Below, piece by piece: positions 13,961 through 27,494 of a stretch of DNA of 64,000 nucleotides (the stretch's first letter is position 1; each line of letters starts with the position of its first letter). Made by a program: the position numbers and the translations under genes. The notes below the pieces were generated by a model. That model was not told the origin of the DNA. It was given only the letters and a program-made list of their open reading frames with translations, and ran no database searches. Source of the DNA: Octopus vulgaris (Eukaryota); contig OX597831.1 of NCBI GenBank assembly GCA_951406725.2, positions 54,870,001 through 54,934,000 of the forward strand, read 5' to 3'.

Positions 13961-14442
13961 ATATATATATATATATATTATTCCTTAGCTCATAAACGAG
14001 CAAAAAAATAACAGTCGTACTATATATATATATATATATATATCTGTTATTTTTTTGCTCGTTTATGAGCTAAGGAGTAATAAAAATTTGTAGAAGAAAA
14101 AAATTCCAGCTGTCAGCACTTTATATCCGCAAACGAAATCGTGCTTACAATGATTTATAAGACCTGGATGGGATACATGTTTATATTAAAAATTCAAAAT
14201 ATAATAAGTAATAAACGATAATAAGAAATATAATAAAAATAATAAGATATAAATTCTAAATGAAGTATGATATAAGAAGATGAAAACCGTGTATGCGTGT
14301 GTAGATATCATGTATTCGAGGGAGAATAAATGTATATAGTAAACAGAAAAAATAGAACTCAACACAAGTTTGTTAAGGGCCAATGCACAAAACTTTCCGC
14401 CTTTGAGTCACCTTGCTGCATCTGCTAAATATTCAGATAGAC

Positions 14443-14536
<94 letters not shown>

Positions 14537-14545
14537 GTAGGTAGG

Positions 14546-14617
<72 letters not shown>

Positions 14618-14831
14618 AAATTGTAAAGATATCCGTGGCCACCTGAAGTCCGGAGAGGGAGGTGAACCACAAAACATTCTGCTTTAGAATTTTTATTCAT
14701 TTGCCGCTTTCACCTTTGTGTTTCAGTGAAAATTAGTGGCTTGCTATAATTAGTAAGCCGGTACTGCTTATTAACACTCTTAATTATTAATATATATATT
14801 AATATTAATTATTAATATACATACATACATG

Positions 14832-14909
<78 letters not shown>

Positions 14910-15042
14910 TATAAGCTCCGGTTTAGTTTCTCGTTTGTTTTTACAAGTTGCTACTGACAATCACACTGTCTCGTTGTGTCGCCGTGTTAATTATTCTGTT
15001 TTCTTTTTGTTTAAGTTGAGATTCGGCAAACTGCACCTGTTT

Positions 15043-15141
<99 letters not shown>

Positions 15142-15201
15142 TATAGATATATATGCATGCATGTATGTATGTATATATATATATATATGCATGCATGTAT
15201 G

Positions 15202-15232
<31 letters not shown>

Positions 15233-15539
15233 ATATATATAGACATGCATACATACATATATGTATGTGTATCAAAATAAGCAACAAGAATATCCAGAGG
15301 TAATGCAGTACGATCATTTCATGCAGCTCCATTTAATTGGACAATGCAATTATTACATCAATTTAAAATGGAGACCAATCTTCAGCTGCACAAAGACATA
15401 GAATTTAATTAAATTAGAAGAGATGGACACGTTAGTATAATTATACCTAAAATCTCCAAGAAGTTAATGGGATAGACATAGAACATGCTGAGTATGTATG
15501 TATATTTAAATACGTATATATATGTATATACAAATATAA

Positions 15540-15636
<97 letters not shown>

Positions 15637-15717
15637 TTAGGGAATAAATCCAAATTTACAGGGAAAAAATCAGATTTAGGATTAAATCCAATTTTATAGT
15701 AAAATATTATAAAATTT

Positions 15718-15783
<66 letters not shown>

Positions 15784-16313
15784 TGTGTGTGTGTATAAAT
15801 AAATATATATATGTATACATACATATATACATATATAAGTATGTATATATACATATATACATTCAACGTAGAGTAGATGAAACCATGGCGACTGAAGAAG
15901 GGGTTTTTTCCTTGTGTTATTTGTCCTGTACTCTATTTTTTTTTGTTGTTTAAGAAAAATGTCCAGTTCCTTGTTTGTGTCTATGTCTTCGTTTCTCATT
16001 GTGTTCGACGTTTTTTTTTGGTATCCTGTACTCATATATGCGTGTATATATACATGTAGAGGTAGGTACGTACATATATGTATATATATATATATGCATA
16101 TGTTTTATTTATTAATATATATATATATATTCTCTTACTTGCTTCAGTCATTTGACTGCGGCCATGCTGGAGCACCGCTTTTAGTCGAGAAAATCGACCC
16201 CAGGACATTCTTTGTAAGCCTAGTTCTTATTCTATCAGTCCCTTTTGCTGAACTGCTAAGTTACGCGGACGTAAACACACCAGCATCAGTTGTCAAGCGA
16301 TGCTGGGGACAAG

Positions 16314-16366
<53 letters not shown>

Positions 16367-16369
16367 TTG

Positions 16370-18125
16370 AAATTTATAGAAAAAAACAAAAGACGAAGAC
16401 AGGTGGATGAATAACAAGCAGTTGTATTAGTTTGAGGCTCGGGAAATTGAGAAAATCCTTTACGTTTCGAGCCTACGCTCTTCAACAGAAAGGAATAAGA
16501 GAAAATAAACAGAGAATTAAAAAAAAATTGTCGATATAGCGATCAAGCATGGCGATCAGTTGGGGAAAAAAGTTTGACAGGGGAGAGGGAAAGAAGGGGA
16601 TATAATAAAGTATTGGTGATCCCAAAACGAAGGTCCGCGTGCGTGTATGTGTATATGAGAACGTGTAAGTTTGTGTCTAGATAGGGTTTAGTGACTCTGA
16701 TGTGTGGATGTGCGCGTCTGTAATAATGTGTGGGTGTGTAGGTGATGGTGTGTGAGTGCGTAGATGATGGTGTGTGGATGTGCAGATGATGGTGTGTGAT
16801 GTGGGAGCTGGGAAGTGGTCAGTGCTAGTGTGTCTGGAGTGGTGTGAGGTGGTGTGGGGGTGTGTGGTATGTGGGGGTTGTGAGGATCGTGAAGTGGGGT
16901 GTGGGGTGCTGATGTGGGGTATGGGATGGGTGGGGATGTAGGTGTGGGTGGGTAGGGATATGGGTGTGGGGTAGATGGGGATGTAGGAGTGGGATGGAGT
17001 ATGTGGGAGTGGGGTGTGTGGGTGTGGGGCATGGTGGAGGAGGTATCGATGAAGAGAGAAGGTGGGTAGAAGTGAAGAGAGGAAGTAGGTGTCAGATGAA
17101 GGGAGAAGTGGGAAGTGAGATGAGAGAGGAGGGGAGTTGAACCCATGTGGGGCAAAGGAGCGAAGAGAGAAGATTAATTTCTGTTCACGGCGAAGGCGGG
17201 AGTCTGGATGGCCCCTGTGCAAAGACAATCAGAACACAGACAAATGTTGTAGTGAATGACCAGTAGAGCGGAATGGCGCAAGACCGGGGTGTCATTGCCG
17301 AGTTTGATGTTTCTGAGATGCTCCGCGAATCGGTCAACCAAGCGGAGTCCCGTTTGAGCGATGTACAGGAAGGATAGCAAGAGCAGGAGATGCAGTAAAT
17401 GACGTTACTAGAAGTGTAGGTAAAGGAGTCGGTGATATGATAGGGACGATGAGATGGGTGCCAGTGAGTATGGTTGTGTTGGAGAGGTAGGGGCAAGTGC
17501 GGCAGCGTGGGCGGGTGCAGGGGAACAAGCCAGGTTAGGGGATGTTATTACGGAAGAAACTGTGGACCAGGAAGTCACGTAGGTTGTGGGCTCATTTGGA
17601 GGAGGGAAGGGGTAGTTTGGGGAAGGTGTACAAAGTGAAGAGTCGGACTGGAGTCGCCGGGTGACTTGGAGGAGCAGAGTAGAGGGGTGGTAAGAGAGCG
17701 GAAACGGGAAAGTATAGTTCGTGTGTGGGACCAGTGAATCGTGGGAATATTTGGACCTCAACGTAGCCATCGAACACGTTCGCATAGCAGGGGACCATTC
17801 TTGTTCCCATGGCACCTCCCGAGAACTGTTGGTAAAAACCACCCGCGAACTAGTTCGGACAGACGAAGAAATGTGGAGGTGTCAGGTTGGGTGTTGGGTC
17901 AAAGGTCTAAGATGTGTTTGAGTACAAGAAGTTCTTCGTTGTGTGGTATCACTATATATAGACTCTTGATATCAAGAGTGAAGAGAAGTTTAGAGGAGCC
18001 AGGAGGGAAGGAGAAAGTGTTGAAGAGAGGGAGAGCATGGTTAATGTCGTGAATGTGGGAGGAGAGGGAAACCACTAGGGTGCAAGGACCCGGTCGAGGT
18101 ATTTTGAGATCAATTCCGTGGGGTA
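16370..18125 (-). mobile_element. Penelope-like retroelement: RT and GIY-YIG remnants plus 3' terminal repeat
   Basis: RT motif MGTRMVPCYANVFDGYVE; Cys linker FPCTRPRCRTCPY; GIY-YIG SFTYTSSNVIYCISC / YIAQTGLRLVDRFAEHLR; hammerhead-like motif at about 16455-16495; frameshifted. Confidence 0.85.
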
Positions 18126-18466
18126 GTTACAGGCGGAGACGATGGGACGGCGGACTTCTTTCAGTTTCTGTCAAACAAATCCATTCACAAAGCTTTGGTC
18201 AGCCCAGGGTAAAAGTAGAAGACACTTGCCCAAGGTGCCACGCAGTGAGATTGAACCCGAAACCGTATTGTTGGTAAGCAAGCTACTTACCACACAGCCA
18301 TTCATATATATATATATGTATATATAGTATGTATATATATATATGTATACATACGTGTATATATATATATACACTCACACACGCATGCACACACGCACGC
18401 GTAAGCCCAACAACACTTATATATATACGTATATATATATATATGTATAATATATATACACACACA

Positions 18467-18519
<53 letters not shown>

Positions 18520-19244
18520 GCGCACACGCGCACACATAACTTCAGGATAAAATATCCACCTGTTTTAAATTTTATTTTGTTTCGATGTGATGCTCATTAA
18601 AATGTCATCAATGTAATAAAATTACCAAGTTTTCAGTTACTTCTTTTGTTTTTTGCTACCCTTGTTGTTATTGTTGATGTTATTATTGATGATGGTGATG
18701 TTGCTATTATTGTTATTCACACTCTTTGCTGTTTTCAGCTGTACAGGTATATGACGAAATATTTCATAACACGCTACTTTGTATTGAGATGATAATATTT
18801 TAAGAATGCCAATATTAATCACAATGATGATGATGATAAAGAGTATTTGACAAAAGACAGGAAAACGGATAAAACGTGAGAAAATGTGATTTAAAAACTA
18901 GACACGTTTATTTTGATCTCGTGAGCATTTTTTTTTTTTTTATTTCAATGTTCGAGATAACAGGAAGAATGTCAAGTTTAGTTTTTGATTAAGTGTAAAA
19001 CAAAACGGGTTGTATGAGAAATTTCTGGAATATTTCCCACAATGAAGCTGGAAGTGAAAAACCAATCGTAGGTGAAAGGAGTGAAAGAATGACTCAATAT
19101 CTTTTCAGTTTCATCCTTACAGTCCCTTCTTCCACTCCATAGCACATTAACCCTCGCCAAATAAATAATTGAAAAAAAAAAAAGAAAAACAACCTAAAAC
19201 GATGAATTAAGCTTGAAGATAGTCAAACCGAAATTTTATATTCT

Positions 19245-19640
19245 TTTCTACCCTAGGAGCAAGGCCCGAAATTTTGAGGTAAGGGGCCAGTCGATTAGAT
19301 CGACCCCAGTACGCAACTGGTACTTAATTTATCGACCCCGAAAGGATGAAAGGCAAAGTCGACCTCGGCGGAATTTGAGCTCAGAACGTAAAGACAGACG
19401 AAATACCTATTTCTTTACTAGCCACAAGGGGCTAAACATAGAGTGGACAGACAAGGACAGACAAACGGATTAAGTCGATTACATTGGTCCCTGTGCATAA
19501 CTGGTACTTAATTTATCGACCCCGAAATGATGAAAGGCAAAGTCGACCTCGGCGGAATTTGAGCTCAGAACGTAACGGCAGACGAAATACCGCTAAGCAT
19601 TTCGCCAGGTGTGCTGACGTTTCTGCCAGCTCGCCGCCTT
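19245..19640 (-). mobile_element. SINE family B with tandemly repeated body
   Basis: Head ggcggcgagctggcagaaacg...gttctgagctcaaattccgccgaggtcgactttgcctttcatc; body present twice. Many other copies (28376, 35170, 35730, 43449, 44780, 48440, 56878, 58240). Confidence 0.75.
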
Positions 19641-20021
19641 ACCAAAATTATATACTAACGAGACAAAGCTCTCATACTATTTCAAGCACTTTAGAATATT
19701 TGTGTTAAACTTAAATGCATAAAACGCATTGGTGGACATTTAAATTACTATATATGTGTATGTGAGTGCGTATGTAAGCACGCGCCATGTGTATATGTGT
19801 GTGGGGAGAGAGAGAGAGAGAGAGAGAGAGCGTGCGAAAGAGAGAGAGAGAGTAAGACAGATTGACAGACAGACAGAACAGACAGACAGAGAGGGGGAGA
19901 GATAGGTAGGTGTAGATATGTATTTCTGTATGTAATAAGTTATGGGCACAGAAAGAAGACAACACGGGAAGTGCAAAGTACAAATTTTAGCAAATGTTAT
20001 ATTGTGTGTGTGTGTGTGCGT

Positions 20022-20066
<45 letters not shown>

Positions 20067-20569
20067 TGTGTGTGTGTCTGTGTGTGTGTGTCTGTAGTTT
20101 TTAAACACATTTTATTTTGCGTAAAATGGAACATAATAATATTTCAGTGATACTTATTTTGGATCTTTTCCTTTTGAACGGCAGATGTCAACACAATTTC
20201 TAGTTAACTTTTAAACTTCGTATACTGGTAGAATGTGTTTATAAAACATCATTTTCTCTTGGTTTTATTGAGAAAATTCTATAGTTTGTAAGATATTTCG
20301 TCTGAAAATCAGAGCATTTCGGCAATTTTAACCAATCGATTACCTCCATTCAACTAAAATCATTTGGTGCGTCTAAAACTGAGACAACATCCTGTAACTA
20401 ACCCTAAACCTCCCCCCTAAACCTAAACCTCCCCCTAACCCTAACCCTAATTTTTTTTCTTAATTGTTAAATTAATTTAATTCCATTGCTTTAGTTTTTT
20501 TTACACGCGTAACAATTAAATTAATTTAACAATTAAGAAAAAAAAATTTAGGGTTAGGGTTAGGGTTGT

Positions 20570-20648
<79 letters not shown>

Positions 20649-20689
20649 GGTGGTGGTGGTGGTGGTGATGGGTGATGAATTTGCAGAGT

Positions 20690-22060
20690 CGATAGAGCAT
20701 CGGGCAAAATCCAATCTTAATGAAGGTGCGTGGGAAAGGGGAAAATAGGAATAGTAAAATTATCTGGTTCACACCACCTTACTCCTCCGAAGTGACCTTT
20801 AGTATAGGTAGATATTTCTTTTCACTTAATGATAGGCATTTTCCAATCAAAAATAATTATAGGAAGCTCTTTAATATGCATAACCTAAAAATTACTTTTA
20901 GTTCTACTACAAACTTTCAAAATATAATTGCAGACAACACACAAAAACAACAAAATGAAGTCGGCTGTTCCTGCAGAGTTAAAAATTTGTGTCCGCTAAA
21001 TGGAGCTTGTATGACCGAGGCCGTGATTTATGAAGCCACCGTAGACTCTACAACCACTAAGGACTTAGTTTCGTTAAAGAAATATGTGGGTCTCACAGAA
21101 GGAAATTTTAAAGTCAGGTTCAAAAATCATACCTTAAGCTTCAGACACTGGGATAAAAAGAAAACAACCAAATTATCCAGTTATATATAGTCCTTAAAAG
21201 AAAAAGGTGTCAGCTATAAGATTCACTGGAAGATCTTAACCGAAAGCCTTACACCAACGGTAGTGGAAAGTGCAGTCTTTGCGATAGGGAAAGATGGCTC
21301 ATCGGGAAAAGCAGCTTGGACCTCGCTACATGTCTAAATTCAAGAACTAAACTTTTTGGATCATGTCCACATATGGCAAAACATTTGTTACGTTTTTGCA
21401 CACCCCAAGATCACAGATAGAACCTGCTTTTTATATTATTTCCACGTACAAGCCTTTCATATGTCTGAACATTTCTTATATATTTCATATATATATTTTA
21501 TTGCTTTATATATCTTTTCTGTATATTATTTTTCACCCTTTATAATTGTCTAACTATATACGCGTGTAGTATATATCAACTCTGTATATGCCTGCATAAA
21601 TACATATGTACGAATGATTGTATATATACGAGTGTAAAACTTTACCTGTTGTACTTGTTTCCTTTCTTCATACATATATGCATGTATATACGTTTATATA
21701 TCTGCAGGTATAGATGTGTTTGACAGACAGGAGGGTGTATTTGTGTACATACATATATAACTCATATGTATATTCAAGTTTTGCGGCGAATGTGAATGTT
21801 TTACGGTTTATGTTTTTGCGTATGTGTTATTTGTATATACGTCTATATGCGTGTGTATGTGCATGTGCGTATAGACTACGTTTTGTATATCCGCGTATGT
21901 ATATGCATGCGCGTATAGAGATGTGTATATGAACATAATGATATGTGCATGGGTATATATACGTGTGTATGTGCGTGTATGCGTGTATTGTATGTATGTT
22001 TACATATGTATAGACATATATATATGTATGTTTGTATGTATATGTACAAGCGTGTGTGAG

Positions 22061-22098
<38 letters not shown>

Positions 22099-22400
22099 CA
22101 CGTGTGTGTGTGTGTGTGTGCGTACGTGTTTATATCTGTGTACATGTATGCATGTGCAGATGTTATGAACGAAGTTTTACTTCCCCACGCCTATTGGAGT
22201 AATTTCCCTTTATTCAACGTTTTTTTATGGCGTTTTTGCTTGTCTTAATAACTGATGAGATGCCGGAGCAGACTTCAGCCCCGGCATCCGAAGCTCTGAG
22301 TTTTATTATGACAACCAATTAATTGTCACATTATATTTATAGATAAATTCCTCTATTTACATAACATCGAGATCTCATTCATTTTTTTGTTGCCATATCA
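20690..22400 (+). mobile_element. Penelope-like retroelement 3' part: GIY-YIG endonuclease remnant, microsatellite-rich UTR and hammerhead-bearing end
   Basis: ORF 20720-21190 encodes IIWFTPPYS, CSCRVKNLCPLNGACMTEAVIYEATV and YVGLTEGNFKVRFKNHTLSFRH, ending at a premature stop; hammerhead fold at 22241-22313. Confidence 0.85.
22241..22313 (+). ncRNA. Type I hammerhead ribozyme motif (PLE-associated, core variant)
   Basis: Stem I tgtcttaataa/ttattatgaca; CTGATGA; stem II gatgccgg/ccggcatc; GAAG in place of GAAA; short stem III ctc/gag. A partial minus-strand sibling near 61730-61785 retains GAAA. Confidence 0.6.
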
Positions 22401-22904
22401 TTATTAATATATAAGGCATGCGCTTATATATATGTATATAATAAATTAATAAATAAAACATATGCATATATACAAACATATAAGTACGTACCAACCTCTA
22501 CATGTATATATACATGCATATATGGGTACAGGACACCAAAAAAAAAACGTCGAACACAATGAGAAACGAAAACATAAACACAAAACCAAGGAACTGGACA
22601 TTTTTCTTAAACAACGAAAAAATAGAGTACAGGACAAATAACACAAGGAAAATTCCCCTTCTTCAGTCGTCATTGTTTCATCTACTCTGCGTTTCGAAGG
22701 TGAAGGCGATACGCATCTCCGATAGAAACTTTCCTGCCCGCGAAAAGCACACATATATATACATATATATGTATATATATATACATATATATGTATATAT
22801 ATGCATATATATATGTGTGTGTGTGTGTGTGTGTATTTTATTAACTTGCCCGTACGTTTGCTACTAGAGATTGTATTTTGATAATACTCTCACTCTCATA
22901 TTTA

Positions 22905-22942
<38 letters not shown>

Positions 22943-23494
22943 CATATATTTCTCACATACACACACTCACACACAGTCACATACGACACATGTACACATA
23001 TACTCTTCCAGAACTCATACATAGAAAAACGACACTGCTACGTATATGCAAAGAAATGTAAATCCAAGCACACTTTCTCACATCCACATGTCCGGACAAA
23101 TGTAAATGCAAGTGAATTCATGAATATATGGACGATAACACTTAACTAAAATTCTCAATCTGTTTTTATTACTTGGTGGGAAACAACTGATGGCAATAAA
23201 AAAAAATCCCTGTAAACAGAATAGTTTTAATCTACTTAAAGACATGCAAAGGATTAGCTGGATTGATACAAATGTCTTATAAAATAAACTATGGGTCTGC
23301 TCTTTTCAAATAAAACTAATATGGATGCAATTCAAGTTGAGGAGATCTCGGGAGTTAACCGGTAAAAGAACTGTATGCGATCTTAAGATTCAGCATGGAG
23401 TATGCTCAACGTTTCTGTTAGGGTTAATACACTGTGTAATAAAATTTTTATTTTACACACATACGCACGCACGCACACGCATGCACACACACAC

Positions 23495-23563
<69 letters not shown>

Positions 23564-23571
<8 letters not shown>

Positions 23572-25037
23572 ATTAGGGTGTCTAAAAGACACCAACATGC
23601 CGAAATAGCAGTCGAAACACTGACTATAGTACCACGTTAAATGTTCATATCGCACCATGAGGTAAAGCGGAGGGACAAAACATACAAGCAAAAATTATTG
23701 AATAATTCAAGATCCAAGGATTTCTGGTTCTGCTTTAGATAAGCTTTACCGTCATCAATTGAATATATCAAGGGTACATAAATACAGATATATATATGCA
23801 CAGCAAACGATATACTTACATATACGAGCGCCGTACATACATACATATGCACGTATGGACACAGCCAGTATGAATCGCCCGCCAAATCACCGCATAAGTA
23901 CGATATGGTTAAAATAAGCACCGCAGTGAATATAATAACGTATTATATAAATTTATATATGAGGATAATATCGATATTTAAGTGTCGAAATTATCAAGTG
24001 GCCAGCATGAAAGAAATACCTTACAAAGGTAAAAAAATTTTTAACAATTAAAAATGAGGGTCTCTAAAAGACACCAACATGCCGAAATAGCAGTCGAAAC
24101 ACTGACTATAGTACCACGTTAAATGTTCATATCGCACCATGAGGTAAAGCGGAGGGACAAAACATACAAGCAAAAATTATTGAATAATTCAAGATCCAAG
24201 GATTTCTGGTTCTGCTTTAGATAAGCTTTACCGTCATCAATTGAATATATCAAGGGTACATAAATACGGTAAAGCTTATCTAAAGCAGAACCAGAAATCC
24301 TTGGATCTTGAATTATTCAATAATTTTTGCTTGTATGTTTTGTCCCTCCGCTTTACCCCATGGTGCGATATGAACATTTAACGTGGTACTATAGTCAGTG
24401 TTTCGACTGCTATTTCGGCATGTTGGTGTCTTTTAGACACCCTCATTTTTAATTGTTAAAAATTTTTTTACCTTTGTAAGGTATTTCTTTCATGCTGGCC
24501 ACTTGATAATTTCGACACTTAAATATCGATATTATCCTCATATATAAATTTATATAATTCGTTATTATATTCACTGCGGTGCTTATTTTAACCATATCGT
24601 ACTTATGCGGTGATTTGGCGGGCGATTCATACTGGCTGTGTCCATACGTGCATATGTATGTATGTACGGCGCTCGTATATGTAAGTATATCGTTTGCTGT
24701 GCATATATATATCTGTATTTATGTACCCTTGATATATTCAATTGATGACGGTAAAGCTTATCTAAAGCAGAACCAGAAATCCTTGGATCTTGAATTATTC
24801 AATAATTTTTGCTTGTATGTTTTGTCCCTCCGCTTTACCTCATGGTGCGATATGAACATTTAACGTGGTACTATAGTCAGTGTTTCGACTGCTATTTCGG
24901 CATGTTGGTGTCTTTTAGACACCCTCATTTTTAATTGTTAAAAATTTTTTTACCTTTGTAAGGTATTTCTTTCATGCTGGCCACTTGATAATTTCGACAC
25001 TTAAATATCGATATTATCCTCATATATAAATTTATAT
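23564..25037. repeat. Palindromic array of 482-bp hammerhead-containing units
   Basis: Left arm 23564-24234 and right arm 24266-24936 are near-perfect reverse complements around a 31-nt spacer. Each arm has an internal 482-bp period (23564/24046; 24266/24748). Confidence 0.93.
24736..24795 (+). ncRNA. Type I hammerhead-like motif; minus-strand copies at 23705-23764 and 24187-24246
   Basis: attcaa | TTGATGA | c ggt...acc a | GAAA | tcc tt gga | TC | ttgaat. Stem I is 6 bp, cleavage triplet AUC, and C3 is replaced by U. Confidence 0.55.
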
Positions 25038-25133
25038 ATATATATATATATATATATTAGACAAAATGAGATAACAAAGCCAAGGCTGTGAGGAGTTTTC
25101 AGGACATTTACAAGGAAAAAGATAATATTTATA

Positions 25134-25181
25134 GTCTAACAGCTGTTTCTGGGATATTATGGATATCCCTTCATCAGAGAC
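25134..25181 (-). ncRNA. Minimal type I hammerhead ribozyme motif in a PLE-like terminal repeat
   Basis: Minus strand: gtct CTGATGA a gggatat ccata atatccc a GAAA cagctg TT agac. Intact core and a palindromic stem III, as in dimer-acting PLE hammerheads. Confidence 0.7.
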
Positions 25182-25696
25182 GATGCGAGATGGTTAGATA
25201 GAGGTAAATATTTGAGCTCAAAATAAGGAATTATTATGGAAAAGAAGGAAATAGGGAATATAGAGGGAAATCAGAGAATGAAAGTACATATAAAATACAA
25301 GATACATAAAGATATTGTAGTTGCATTTCCATTATTCGAGGAAAGTGGAGTATAGAAGTGGTAATAAAGTTTCCTGAACATGGTATGTATGTTCCAATAG
25401 TAGTCCATGTTTAGTCATTTCAAAGTATGGAGTCGAGGATTCTGTGTTGTTCATTCATATTGTTCATATATATATATATATATATAATTGCAGCGTGGAA
25501 GGTGTTTGTAAGCCATTTAAAAAACACACAAAAGCCGTTCGATTCACTTCAACATTTGTTAACCGTAAATGTTGAAGTGAATCGAACGGCTTTTTGTGTG
25601 TTTCTTAAATGGCTTACAAACACATTCCACGCTGCAATTGTTTTCGTTTCAGCACACGATCTCAGATCAAATCACTTGCTATGCGAGTACATCTCC

Positions 25697-25764
<68 letters not shown>

Positions 25765-26269
25765 TTTGTCTTTAGTTGGTTGGTGTTATTTCTTATTTGC
25801 TTTTATCTAGAAATCAAAAGAAGTTACCACTATTCCCATTAAACTTTGCTTTTGTAACTTGGACATCAATGTTGTGAAACTGACCTATTTTTCGCCCCTT
25901 GTGGGTAATAAAAAATCAGAAACTGACATATTTTCCATTACATTTCAGACAGATTCAGCATTAACTTGCAGAACCAGAAATATCGTTATTACAAATAATT
26001 TTTTCAATACTATAAATTTGCTTGTCAGTTACTTAACCATAACCACTTGAGTATGTCCCTTAGTAGCTGACAATATGTGCATATCTGATCATCAGCAGGA
26101 GTAGTGGGGGAGCATCATAGCCATCTGTTAAAAGGGATTTTTGGGCGTTCGAATAAATGTAGCTAAAGCAAAATTTGAAGGAAATATTAAGCATTTTTCA
26201 TACTTTCTAGGACTAAGTAAATAAGAAATAGCAGTTGTTGTGTGTATGTACATGCAAATATATGTATGT

Positions 26270-27295
<1,026 letters not shown>

Positions 27296-27494
27296 TATTA
27301 TATCATAATAATCAGAATTTCTTGCATCGCAGGAATTCTGTACTATTGAACAGCACATATGCAGAAAGAAGGTCAGGCAAAGTATCACATCAATACCCTC
27401 TAGTGCTTGACTGAAATCGGATAACATAATTTAAGCAATGAAATCACTTCCCATCCCACTTTCCAGTAACTTCGCTTTCACTCACTGAAACGTA

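Noticed and set aside
16677-17228. His/Pro/Thr-rich 183-aa ORF
   Set aside because: Low-complexity 3' region of the Penelope-like element.
20560-20772. Poly-His/poly-Gln ORF
   Set aside because: (TTG)n/(GGT)n microsatellite with no supporting splice context.
23637-24863. Two identical 94-aa ORFs on opposite strands
   Set aside because: A by-product of the palindrome; GTG start, no recognisable domain, and overlap with the hammerhead motif.
23564-25037. CRISPR-like or prokaryotic repeat array
   Set aside because: No short repeats with unique spacers, and the context is eukaryotic.
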